Positions 35,442 to 47,926 of a stretch of 64,000 nt of DNA are shown here, piece by piece. This DNA is from Macrostomum lignano. Its lineage: Eukaryota. Every line of letters starts with the position of its first letter. The stretch's first letter is position 1. The notes under the pieces were generated by a model that made no database searches, was not told where the DNA came from, and saw only the letters and a list, made by a program, of their open reading frames with translations. Both the position numbers and the translations under genes were made by a program. Location: the NCBI GenBank assembly GCA_002269645.1, contig NIVC01001887.1, forward strand, positions 124,001 to 188,000. Direction: 5' to 3'.

Positions 35442-36663
35442 TGAGATGAGCACAAGTGTACACCTAGAATACTCTAAGGAGGGCACTGGCACCGTGATTG
35501 GCAAGTTGCTTATTTAGGATTGGTTTATACGATTTTATATACAGGGCTTCAAGCACTTTTAGTCTGTACTCATTTGAGCACGTATGGATGGTGGAAAAGT
35601 TTTTATCTATTTGGCTGTCACAGCATTCTTTGCATATCATCAGGTGGTTGTGCAGGCTGACATCTTTGCCTATGTTCTCTACTTCTCACGTACAGGTGTC
35701 GGGTAGTTTCACCTATGTAGGTGATACTCTGGTCGCCAGAACATTGAAATTGGTAAATGACACCTGCCCATAAGGAGCTGGGAACGCAGCATTTCAAATT
35801 CTTAACAAAACAACCAATTAGGAAAACAAAACAACCACATTGGGAAATTCATTGATGGTAAAGTTGTGAATCCTAACAATAGACAGAATAAGGAAGAACA
35901 GAAAGATCTGAGGATTGATTGCACCCATACACCCGTATCTCCATTCCTTTCTATAGGCCTGCTTCTGTTCATTTAAAAAAGAACCTCATCAGAGCATTTA
36001 ATAAGTATTTAAATGTGAAGCTCATGGTCACTTTCCGTTGCAAGAAAATTGGTCATTTTGTTAAGAATTTGAAATTCCGCATTCCCAGCTCCTTACGGGC
36101 AAGTGTCGTTTACCAATTTCAATGCTCTGGCAACCAGAGTATCACCTATATAGGTGAAACTACCCGACACCTGTACGTGAGAAGTAGAGAACATAGACAA
36201 AAGATGTCGGCCATGCACAACCACCTGATGATATGCAAAGAATGCGGTGACAGCCAAATAGATAAAAACTTTTCCACCATCCATACATGCTCAAATGAGT
36301 ACAGACTAAAAGTGCTTGAAGCCCTGTATATAAATCGTGTAAACCAATCCTAAATAAGCAACTTGCCAATCACGGTGCCAATGCCCTCTTTAGAGTATTC
36401 TAGGTGTACACTTGTGCTCATCTCACTCTCTTTCTCTCCCTCTCTCCCCTCATTGCAACACTGTGAACGCTCCATTGGACTATATAATCTACTGTTAATT
36501 TATATACATTTCTGACTTTTATTGACCCATTCTTGAATCTTGGTCTTAATTGTTAAATATTAATGAACAAATAAATTGTTACTAATTTTAAGAGCCTGAC
36601 AATGCTTGACGCAAGGTGAAACATGTTGCATAAAAAATGATAGCACTCACTTTCTTAATTCTA
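35136..36663. mobile_element. Penelope-like element remnant: 5'-truncated + copy with GIY-YIG endonuclease end and 3' UTR (about 35900-36663), preceded by an inverted copy (35136-35819)
   Basis: VVYQFQC...YIGETTRHLYVRSREH in ORF 35919-36353; arms are reverse complements from AATTGG/TTTTGTTAAG out to TAGAATTAAG. Confidence 0.88.
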
Positions 36664-36779
36664 TTTATTTGTGTATATCTAGACATTAGACAACAATTAA
36701 AGAGCTAAAAACAATATATTTGACATAGAAATTAGTCAAATATAAAAATTTATATAGAAAATAGTCATTAAAAATTAAG

Positions 36780-37430
36780 ATTATGAGTGCTATCATTTTT
36801 TGCTGTGTGACATGTTTTGCCTCACATCAGGCATCATTAGGGCTTTGGCTCTTAAAAATTGTAATTACTTAGGCCTATTTATTTATAATTAACAATTTAG
36901 ACAAAATAGGTCAATAAAAGTTATAAATATATATAAATTAATAGTAGATTGCATAGTCTGGTAGAGTTCTCATAGAGTTGCAATGAGAGAGGGAGATGGA
37001 AAGAGAGAGTGAGATGAGCTTAAGCATACACCTAGAATTGGCATAGGCCCTACTATAGAGGGCATTGGCAGCATGATTGGCAAGTTGCTTATTTAGGATT
37101 GGTTTATACGATTTTATATAAAGGGCCTCAAGCATTTTGTCCAAAAAGGTTTTTTATAGGCCTAACTTTGTTAAGATTTTGAAATGCCATGTTCCCAGCT
37201 CCTTTCGGGCAGGTGTCACTGTCACTTACTAATTTCAATGCTCTGGTAGTAACCAGAGTATCACTACATACTACATAAGTAGAACTATCCAACACCTATA
37301 TGTTAGAATTTAAGAATATAGGCAAAAGATATCGGCCATGCACAACTAGGCCTACCTGCACAACCACAAAGAATGCTGTGACAACCTAATTTATAAAAAA
37401 ATTTCCGCCATCCATTGCTCAAATGAGTTA
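36780..37430. mobile_element. Third, more diverged and rearranged Penelope-like fragment
   Basis: Similar to both arms of 35136-36663 (GATTGGCAAGTTGCTTATTTAGGATTGG; CCCAGCTCCTT...; HHR-like core at 36809-36840). Confidence 0.8.
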
Positions 37431-38581
37431 CATGACTATGAGTACAGTCTAGATAAAATTGTTATTGCTTTCGATAGGAAGCAGACCCAATTTTCATCTT
37501 TTGATATACTGTGCCCTTTTTATAGCTCTATTGATATTCATAAATCTTTTAGTTCAGAAAAATTAGGATTTTATGCCAATTAGCTAATGCAAGCAAGCAA
37601 TCAATCCGTGCACTCCAGATATATTTATGATTAATTTAAACGGAAATAAAAATTGAAATGTCAGAAAAGGTTAACAAAATATGTTTTCTGTGTTGTACAT
37701 AACGCAATTTTTCGCCTTGTCGAAATTTTCACGTTATCAGTTAAAGTATTTTTATTACAGACTATAAAAAAATTGAAAGCAGAATTTATCTATTGTATTA
37801 TTTACATATTTAACTTGTACACTAATTACTTATTTTGTATGTTTTATGACAATAATTATCGTAGTATGCTTTAAATAATGATGTTTTAAAAAGTCTATTT
37901 TTTATTAGTTTAATAACATCCCTTTTTATAGTTCCCCGGAATAGAAAGCTGTTGCCGTAATTTTTTGGCTTGATCGAAATTCAGTAAATTAAAGTGATTG
38001 GCGATTGCTATTCCTATACTACTATAGTTTTGAGTCTATTAACTACACTAAGAATCAAATGTCATTTTAAAATGCTTTTCGAGATAAAAGATTCATGATT
38101 CATGATTATTTTAGTTCTCAGTTAGAAGGACAATGTTGAGTCTAAAATCAAAATAATAATGTTTTTATTTCTTTCAAAGCAGGACTTGATTCAATGTCTT
38201 TGTAAATATTTAATAGTTTCCTGTTTCAGTCTTTAGTATTCCCTGAATAACTAAAATTTTAAAGCTGTCAACTGTCATAAGATAATTTTGAAATTGCGAT
38301 AATTTCATTTATTTCTATAGTTCATTGTAGCAACAGTTTTAAGGTGTATTTCAGATATATTTAAATTGAATTGTACTTTTATGACTTATAAAATATAGAT
38401 TAATTTTATTTTGCCTTGAATTTGTAGGTGGTTTTGAGCTACATTTAATTTTATTTTATTGCAAAAATTCTTATTAAATCAACTCTTGTCTTCAATAAGA
38501 AGTAGGATAGGCCTACTTCTTCACTTTACATTCTTCACTGATATATTTGTGAAGAATGTTTATATAGGATAGGCCTATCAT

Positions 38582-41011
38582 GACCAAGATGGCCACATAC
38601 TAATATGGCCACAGCTCTAAGTGGCTGCTTGGATAAGAATAGGTCTATATATTTCCTCATTTCCTATTGGCTATGATTGGGATGGGGTATGACCTAGCTT
38701 CAAGTCTCGGAGAAGACATTTTGTTAGTGATATTAGATTAGTAAAACAAAGAACACTTCCCTTTATAGTAGGTATTACTACCTACTAAAGCCAGGGGCGC
38801 GTCCAGAGGTTTCAGGATGGGGGCCCAGTTAAGGCCCAATAAAAACTGAAGGGGCAATGCCAACATCTTGAATTGAGTTTTTTAATTATTGTAAAAGCTA
38901 ATTTTTTACTGAAAATGTAAAAATGACATCCAAAAAAGATCTCGAAAAGAATGAATACAATAGCTAAGTTGATTTAACTAACATTCTAAATGTTTTTTGT
39001 CCAAGAACACTTTTTAGCCTTAGGATTTGAAATTGGAAAATTTTTGAATATATAGTAGAAAGCTAAACACAAATTCATTGAACTTTATAATTTACTTTTC
39101 CTGGCAGATTCTCATCAAAAAACTCTGTTGGTTCATTTAATTATTAGCTAATCTCTGCAGAGTATATATTTTTACTGTGAGAGGAGAGGAGAAGTGAGAG
39201 GAGAGGGCAGAGAAGAAGGGGAGAGAGTAGGGAGGGAGAAATAGGAGGAGAGAGTAGAGGTGAGAAGAGGGAGAGATGAGAGAGATGAGATGAGAGAGGA
39301 GAGAATAGATAGGAGAAAGTAGAGAGCAGATAGAAGAGAGTAGATATGAGAGAGGAGAGAGATAGATAGGAGAGAGTAGAGAGATGAGAGTGGAGAAAAG
39401 AGATATTAGGGTGGAGGGTGCAAGCAGAGAGAAGAGAGGAGAGATGTTAAAAAGGGTAGTACAGATTAGAGATGAGGGAGAGAGGAGATAGATAGGAGAG
39501 AAGATCGAGACAAGAGAGGAGAGAGAGAAGAGGAGGGAAGTTTTGAGAGAGGGGAGAGTGAGGAGCGAGAAGAGGGGAGAGAGGAGAGTGTAGAGAGCAG
39601 AGAGAAATGAGAAGAGATAAGAGAGCAAGCAGAGATAAAAGAAGAAAAATGAGAGACGAGAGAGTAAAGTTAAGAGAAAAGAGATAAGGTGGTAGAGATG
39701 ACAGGAGAAATGAGAAATGAGAGATGAAAGATGAAAGAGGAGAGAGGAGAGTGGAGAGAGAAGAGAAGAGACAAGAGAAGAGAAGAGAGGAGAAAGGAAA
39801 GAGAGGAGTCATTGACGGGAAATAAAAGAGAGTACAGGGAAAAGACATGAAAGAACATATAAGAGATTAAAGTTGACAGAAGAGAGAGGGGAGAACAGAG
39901 AACAGAGACGAGAGTAAATTGACAAGAGATGGGAGAGTAGAGAGAACAGAGGAGAGAGAAGAGATTATGGAGACGAGAGGAGAGAGTAGGGAGAAGAGAA
40001 ATGTGTGAGAGCAAAGAAGAGAGACAAAGGGAGAAAGAAGTGGAGTAAGCAGAGAAGAGGAGAGAGAACCGACAACAAGGGAAAAAAGAAAGAGTATGGA
40101 GAGTATGGAGAGGGGAGAAAGTAGAGAGAAGAGAGATGGGGAGCGGAGAGCAGAGAGATAAGCAAGAGGAGAGAGGAGAGCAGAGAGAAAAGAGTGAGGA
40201 AAGAGGAGAGAGGAAAGAACAGAGAAGAGATGAGATGAGAGAAGAGAGAGGCAAGAAAAAAGAGAAATGTGAAGAGATAAGAGAGCAGAGATAAAATAAG
40301 AGAAAGGAGGGATGAGAGAAAAGACGTGAGAGAAGAGAGGTGGGGGAAGAGACAAAAGAAGAGGGGAGAGAGGAAAGAGGAAGAGATGACAGGAGAGACG
40401 AAAGATGAGAGAGAAGAGAGGAAACAGAAGCGAAGATAGAAGTTTCAAAGGATCCGAGGGATGTACATGTAGAGAGAGGCAGAGGTCAGAGTTTTCCTGA
40501 CTTTTCCAATACACGTTTTAGATCGACATTGCCTGATATTCTGCACAGCACCCCAGCCAACAAGATTAATGCTTGCCTCAATTCTTAATTTTACATGAAT
40601 TTACTCCATTTTATGTTTATCTCCATCCTAACTATTAATAATAGTTTAACTAGGATAATAGTTTCAAACCTATCTCAATATACTAAAACTGATGTGTTGT
40701 TTGTATATGTTAAAAGTTAAAGAAAGGTAGAGGTTAAATTAAGGTATTATTATGATAGAAGTAAGCAAAAATTGGAGTGCCCTCTTATCTCTCATCTTTT
40801 CTCTCTCTCATCTCTGCCCTCTCCTGTATCATCTTTATATCACCTCTTAGAGCCTACTACAAGTAGGAAATTAAGACTTGTAACCATTTTTGTCTTTAAC
40901 CCAATATACTCATAAAATTTTCTGACTGCCTGTCTAAACCCCCCCATTGCAAACCCACATCACCAGTTGTCATTTTCCGTGACCCCCACCCCAGCTGTGG
41001 CCATCTTGGTC
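38582..41011. mobile_element. Candidate non-autonomous TIR element, about 2.4 kb, enclosing the AG-rich tract
   Basis: Perfect 16-bp inverted pair GACCAAGATGGCCACA (38582-38597) / TGTGGCCATCTTGGTC (40996-41011). Confidence 0.4.
39175..40490. repeat. Degenerate AG-rich low-complexity tract
   Basis: Almost only A and G on the + strand. Confidence 0.92.
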
Positions 41012-41467
41012 TTACACCAGGCCTATACTATAAGATTTCATGCTAAATTATTTTTTAAAAGGAGGTAAAGTAAAAATATGTTTTTTACACAATTCTTTTA
41101 AAAATATTGAGTGTTTAATTATACTGAGGCTAACTTGTGCATAATAAGCTATCAATATTTTTCAACATTTTCTTCTGGACATTTTGGTAGCTATTATAAG
41201 TTTGTTACTAATTAGACTGTAGATCTAATAAATTTCTAATATAATGGCCCATTTATTATTTATAAAACAGACAATATTTTCAAAAAACAGTTCCATTGTT
41301 GTTTGTGATTTTTGTGGCTTAGAAAATATAGTAAGTGGATAACACTGATAGCTGTAAAATATTCATTACAACTCTACACGTTGCGCTTCTGCTGTCTGAG
41401 TTGGATTTTCTTAGGTTCACCAAAGCGTGAATGCACAACTGTCTTCCCACGTCTGAATCATTGCAGA

Positions 41468-44400
41468 ATGCGCTCCGATTCGGCAGCCGCGTCGACCGAC
41501 ACCAGTGGCGACGCAGCCAGAAAAGACACCGCCGCCGCAACTTCATCGCCGCCGCCAACGCCAAGAAGCCGCGACCTGCGCAGGAGTGGACGGTCCCGCG
41601 GCCGTAGCAGTGGCCCACTTGATGACCAGCCGGCCAGCCACCGGATCAACGGGGTCGAGTACCGCCTAGGCGACTGCTGTTACGCCGAGGAGCCTGGCCG
41701 GCCGGACGAGCCATACATTATTGGCCAGTTGGAGGAGATGCGGGTCAGCAGGCGCGAGGCGGCCAGCGTGAGGCTGCGCGTGTTTTGCCGGACTCAGGTG
41801 AGCTGCTGAGTTTTCGCGGAAAAGCGTTTGCTTATCGAAGAACCCCTCGTGCTCTGATCTGCTTGGCGCATTCACCCTTGCAATCGCCTTGACAATATTC
41901 CTGTCAGTTTCTAAGAATTGGCATCCAACCAACCCTGGGATCAGCCTCAAGCCAACCCTGGGATCAGCCTCAAACCAACCCTGGAATCAACCCTGGAATC
42001 AGCCTCAAATTAACCCTGGGATCAGCCTCAAACCACCAACCCTGGGATCAGCCTCAAACCACTAACCCTGGGATCAGCCTCAAACCAATCAGAATCAGCC
42101 TCAAACCACAAACCCTGGGATCAGCCTCAAACCAATCAGAATCGGCCTCAAACCAACCTTGGAATGAGCCTTAAACCAAACCCTGGAATCATCCTCAAAT
42201 CAACCCTGGAATCAGCCTCAAACCAATCAGAATCAGCCTCAAACCAATCAGAATCAGCCTCAAACCAATCAGAATCAGCCTCAAACCAATCAGAATCAGC
42301 CTCAAACCAACCTTGGAATGAGCCTTAAACCAAACCCTGGAATCATCCTCAAATCAACCCTGGAATGAGCCTCAAACCACAAACCCTGGGATCAGCCTCA
42401 AACCAATCAGAATCAGCCTCAAACCAACCTTGGAATGAGCCTCAAGCCAACCCTGGAATGAGCCTTAAACCAAACCCTGGAATCAGCCTCAAACCAACCC
42501 TGGAATGAGCCTCAAACCAAACCCTGGAATCATCCTCAAACCAACCCTGGAATGAGCCTCAAACCAACCCTGGAATCATCCTCAAACCAAACCCTGGAAT
42601 CATCCTCAAACCAAACCCTGGAATCATCCTCAAACCAACCCTGGAATCATCCTCAAACCAAACCCTGGAATCATCCTCAAACCAAACCCTGGAATCGGCC
42701 TCAAATCAACCCTGGAATCGGCCTCAAGCCAACCCTGAAATCAGCTTCAAACCAATCCTAGAACCAGCCTCAAACCAACCCTAGAACCAGCCTCAAACCA
42801 ATCCTAGAACCAGCCTCAAACCAACCCTAGAACCAGCCTCAAACCAATCCTAGAACCAGCCTCAAACCAATCCTAGAACCAGCCTCAAACCAACCCTAGA
42901 ACCAGCCTCAAACCAACCCTAGAACCAGCCTCAAACCAATCCTAGAACCAGCCTCAAACCAACCCTAGAACCAGCCTCAAACCAATCCTAGAACCAGCCT
43001 CAAACCAATCCTAGAACCAGCCTCAAACCAATCCTAGAACCAGCCTCAAACCAATCCTAGAACCAGCCTCAAACCAATCCTAGAACCAGCCTCAAACCAA
43101 TCCTAGAACCAGCCTCAAACCAATCCTAGAACCAGCCTCAAACCAACCCTAGAACCAGCCTCAAACCAATCCTAGAACCAGCCTCAAACCAATCCTAGAA
43201 CCAGCCTCAAACCAATCCTAGAACCAGCCTCAAACCAATCCTAGAACCAGCCTCAAACCAACCCTAGAACCAGCCTCAAACCAATCCTAGAACCAGCCTC
43301 AAACCAATCCTAGAACCAGCCTCAAACCAACCCTAGAACCAGCCTCAAACCAATCCTAGAACCAGCCTCAAACCAATCCTAGAACCAGCCTCAAACCAAT
43401 CCTAGAACCAGCCTCAAACCAACCCTAGAACCAGCCTCAAACCAATCCTAGAACCAGCCTCAAACCAATCCTAGAACCAGCCTCAAACCAATCCTAGAAC
43501 CAGCCTCAAACCAACCCTCAAGCATCGGCTCAACTTCCTACTTGACGAATTGTCCTGGACAATCTAAAGAATCTCCTCGGAGAAAAAATAACTATTCAAG
43601 AGCTCTCTGAGCCACAAGCCCTCAAAACCTGATGGATCCTTGCGCCTTCTCAACGCTCAGGACGTGCCGGACGCGGCCTACGAGGCGCAGGGCTGCCGCG
43701 ACAGCATGTTTGAAGGCGACCCCCGTCAAGAGGAGGCCCGCCTCCGCGAGCTGTTTCTCAGCGAAGCCCGCGAATCCTTGCCGGCCGCCAGCCTGCGCGG
43801 CCGCTGTCGAGTGGATCGTTATACGGATCTGGCGGCCGCTTCTGCTGGGTACCGCCTGCGGCCAGACGCCTTCTACTGCGTGTTCAACTACAGCCCCGAG
43901 ACCCGGCGGCTGTCCAGCACAAGGACTGAAATTCGAGTCGGCCCATCGTTTCAGGCCGAGCTGCCCGACTGCAGGGACGAGGTGCGCGGTTGGCTGGGCC
44001 TTCATGGGTTTGGGCTTCTGCGCTTCTTGGATGGCTGTTGGCGTTGGGCAGCTGTAGGCTCCTGCTGGGTAGCTGTAGGCTCTTGTTGGGTAGCTGTAGG
44101 CTCCTGCTGGGTAGCTGTAGGCTCTTGTTGGGTAGCTGTAGGCTCCTGCTGGGTAGCTGTAGGCTCTTGTTGGGTAGCTGTAGGCTCCTGCTGGGTAGCT
44201 GTAGGCTCTTGTTGGGCAGCTGTAGGCTCTTGTTGGGTAGCTGTAGGCTCTTGTTGGGCAGCTGTAGGCTCTTGTTGGGTAGCTGTAGGCTCTTGTTGGG
44301 CAGCTGTAGGCTCCTGCTGGGTAGCTGTAGGCTCTTGTTAGGTAGCTGTAGGCTCTTGTTGGGCAGCTGTAGGCTCCTGCTGGGTAGCTGTAGGCTCTTG

Positions 44401-47400
44401 TTGGGTAGCTGTAGGCTCCTGCTGGGTAGCTGTAGGCTCTTGTTGGGTAGCTGAATGCTCTTGTTAGGCAGCTGTATAGGCTCTTGTTGCGTATCTGCCG
44501 GCTCTTGTTGGGCAGCTGTAGGCTCCTGCTGGGTAGCTGTAGGCTCTTGTTGGGTAGCTGAATGCTCTTGTTAGGCAGCTGTATAGGCTCTTGTTGCGTA
44601 TCTGCCGGCTCTTGTTGGGCAGCTGTAGGCTCCTGCTGGGTAGCTGTAGGCTCTTGTTGGGCAGCTGTAGGCTCCTGCTGGGTAGCTGTAGGCTCTTGTT
44701 GGGTAGCTGTAGGCTCCTGCTGGGTAGCTGTAGGCTCTTGTTGGGCAGCTGTAGGCTCTTGTTGGGTAGCTGAATGCTCTTGTTAGGCAGCTGTATAGGC
44801 TCTTGTTGCGTATCTGCCGGCTCTTGTTGGGCAGCTGTAGGCTCCTGCTGGGTAGCTGTAGGCTCTTGTTGGGCAGCTGTAGGCTCCTGCTGGGTAGCTG
44901 TAGGCTCTTGTTGGGTAGCTGTAGGCTCCTGCTGGGTAGCTGTAGGCTCTTGTTGGGCAGCTGTAGGCTCTTGTTGGGTAGCTGTAGGCTCTTGTTGGGC
45001 AGCTGTAGGCTCCTGCTGGGTAGCTGTAGGCTCTTGTTAGGTAGCTGTAGGCTCTTGTTGGGCAGCTGTAGGCTCCTGCTGGGTAGCTGTAGGCTCTTGT
45101 TGGGTAGCTGTAGGCTCCTGTTGGGCAGCTGTAGGCTCCTGCTGGGTAGCTGTAGGCTCTTGTTGGGTAGCTGTAGGCTCTTGTTGGGCAGCTGTAGGCT
45201 CCTGCTGGGTAGCTGTAGGCTCTTGTTGGGTAGCTGTAGGCTCTTGTTGGGTAGCTGTAGGCTCCTGCTGGGTAGCTGTAGGCTCTTGTTGGGTAGCTGT
45301 AGGCTCTTGTTGGGTAGCTGTAGGCTCCTGCTGGGTAGCTGTAGGCTCTTGTTGGGTAGCTGTAGGCTCTTGTTGGGCAGCTGTAGGCTCCTGCTGGGTA
45401 GCTGTAGGCTCTTGTTGGGTAGCTGTAGGCTCTTGTTGGGTAGCTGTAGGCTCCTGCTGGGTAGCTGTAGGCTCTTGTTGGGTAGCTGTAGGCTCTTGTT
45501 GGGTAGCTGTAGGCTCCTGCTGGGTAGCTGTAGGCTCTTGTTGGGTAGCCTAGGCTCTTGTTAAGTAGCTGTAGGCTCTTGTTGGGCAGCTGTAGGCTCT
45601 TGTTGGGTAGCCGTTTTTGTCTCTTTATGGTTAGCCATTGACTTTTACTGAACCAAAAACAACTGCCATTGGCTTAGGTCACTAAACCGATAATAACATA
45701 ATCACAGGCACAGTTTTGGGCCTATTCTAACAACCATTTTAAGCATTTCCCTTCCAATTGGTGTCATCTGTTGCTTTTCCCAGTCTAAAAATAGATATCT
45801 GCTTCAGTTCGCAACTTAGCTTTATCTTGCATTAACAATTCAACAAAATATTCATTGAACGCAAGGCAGAAAATTGTCAAAAGCGCTCAGTTCCAGCAAT
45901 GAGACTCAAGTCAGGATGGCCGAGTGGTCTAAGGCGCTGCGTTCAGGTCGCAGTCCTCTTCTGAGGGCGTGGGTTCGAATCCCACTTCTGACAAAAAATT
46001 TTTTACTTTTCGCAAATTAGTTCCGCATTCGAGTCCAATGGTGATTGTTGCTTGTTTTGATAATTTTAGGCATCAAGGCTTAAGTTCTTGTATATTACGT
46101 TTCTTACAGTACTATTAGTAGTGCGATCTATCAAAATCATTTTGCCTATCATTCCGCAGGTTCCACAGATGCACCCGCTGGCTGACGAGGCTGGCCGGGT
46201 CTGGGAGACTCCCCGCTGGCTACCCGGCCACCTGGAGGACGAGGAGCTCCGCATGTACATCCGCGCTGCCCGCTCCTTGGCTGCCTTCGCCGGCTTCTGC
46301 GACCTCGGCAGCGCCAGCGAGGGTCAGGCATCGGCCGGCACCGACCGGACAGCGCAGCGGGCCCTCGACGCACTTCACGACCTCGACTACGATGTCCGGC
46401 TGGCTCTCCGCGTGCTGGTACGCAACCCGCGACTCAACGGCGCCGGTGGCGGTGGCTTCGATGACGGCGACTGCGGCGCACCCTGGTCGCGCGAGTGCGT
46501 GCGCCGCTTTCAGAAGGGCGTCCGCCAGTACGGCAAAAACTTCTGCCGAATCCGGCGCGAACTCTTGCCAGAGCGCCGGGTCGGCCAGCTGGTGCACTTC
46601 TACTACCTGTGGAAGCGGTCGCCGGCTTGCCCGAACGGTGCCCGGTCGGCGGGGAGACGCGGCGGCGGTGGCGGCGCCGCATCGCCAGCCGCTCAGTTCG
46701 AGCCGCTCTGCCGCAACTGCGAGCAAATCCCGGCGGCCGGAGACGGCGACCCGCTCTGTGGCGAGTGCCGCCAGTTTTACCTCAAGTACGGCGAGGACCG
46801 GCCTTGCCACAGCTCCCGCGCCGGTGCCAGCGCAGATGACACCGACGGTGCCAACGAGGTGGCGTCGGTGAAAGCCGAAGCTACCGCTGCCGCCAGCATC
46901 GCCCATACTGCAGAGGCAGGCGCTGGCGCAGACGCTGTAGACGGCGACGCCGAAGGTGAGCGCGAGGACTCGGACAGCTCAAGCAGCGAGGACAGCAGCA
47001 GCTCCAGTGACAACTCGATCGATGAAGCGATCGCTGCCTCCGATGACCCCCCGAGCACTTCGCGCACAGCAAGCAGGCGCGATTCCCCCTCTCCGCCGCC
47101 GCCTTCGTCCACAACGCCTCCTTCACCGACGCCCTCCCGTCCAGCTCCTGTCTGCAGTCCGGCCCCTCTGCCCTGCCGTCTGGCCGGCGCCCACGTCAGC
47201 AGCGGCGGCCGCTGCCTTCAGCGAGTCTGGCTACGCAGCGGAGGCCGCAACTCCTGCGCCCGCACCGACCTGCATTTTCAGGCGCCCGCGACGGCCAGCC
47301 GCGCCGACTCCAGCCGTCAGCCCACCTGTCGACCTGTCGCTGCCGCTCCCGCCTCTTCGTCGGTCCCGGCTGCATCGCCCTGGCCAACTTCAGCGCCGCT

Positions 47401-47926
47401 TTCTCGACCTCGTTCGACAGTAGGAGCCGCGGCGGAGGAGCAGCAGCGGAAGATGCTCGCCGCCGCCTGGCAGGCGGAGCAAGCGCGCCTGGCCGAGTTC
47501 GCCTACCTGCAGTCCGCCAGCTGCAGCAGCGCTAGGCAGCCGCCGCCTCCGCACTTTGGCCCGCTGATGCAGCCGCCACTATCGCCACACGAGTTCGCCG
47601 GCCACAGCGCCGCCTTTGGCCCGGATCCGTTTGCCGCCTTCGGCCGCCCCGCGATGCCGCTGCAGCCTCCGCCATCGCCGCACCATCACCAGCGACAGCA
47701 GCTGATGCAGCATCATCTGTTCAGAGCGCCGCAGCCCCCGCCTTCGTCGGAATTCGCACCCCTCTTTGCAGCTGCCGCGGCGGCTGCTTCCCAGCAGCAT
47801 CATCAGCAACAGCAGCTTCACCAGAGTATTGCTCAGCGTCATCAACATCAGGTGATGTGCGACCCCCGCTGCCTTCCATTCGACCCCGCTCTGCTGGCCT
47901 TCCCGCCGCTGCCGTCGCCTCGCTGA
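41468..47926 (+). CDS. RERE: RERE/atrophin-family corepressor (BAH, ELM2, SANT, GATA-like finger, atrophin-like tail), about 805 aa. Exons 41467-41797, 43661-43981, 46160-47926
   Basis: BAH YRLGDCCY...RELFLSE; ELM2 EIRVGPSFQAELP...YIRAARSLAAF; SANT FQKGVRQYGKNF...HFYYLWK; RNSCARTDLHF; phase-0 joins. Confidence 0.9.
41925..43515. repeat. About 23-bp intronic minisatellite, heterogeneous 5' half and homogeneous 3' half (AAACCAATCCTAGAACCAGCCTC)n
   Basis: Seen directly. Confidence 0.95.
44046..45612. repeat. 21-bp intronic minisatellite (GGGTAGCTGTAGGCTCTTGTT)n
   Basis: 7-aa period AVGSCWV. Confidence 0.96.
45910..45993 (+). tRNA. trnL-CAG: tRNA-Leu(CAG), inside RERE intron 2
   Basis: GTCAGGA.../...TTCTGAC acceptor stem, A box TGGCCGAGTGG, anticodon loop TTCAGGT, long variable arm, B box GGTTCGAATCC, T-run terminator near 45999. 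Confidence 0.96.

Noticed and set aside
39137-40514. Leu/Ser-rich membrane-protein-like ORFs
   Set aside because: Complement of the AG low-complexity tract
43982-45564. Read-through repeat ORFs (AVGSCWV)n and (LLLGSCR)n as a RERE isoform
   Set aside because: Intronic 21-bp array; a phase-0 splice from 43981 to 46160 restores the ELM2 domain
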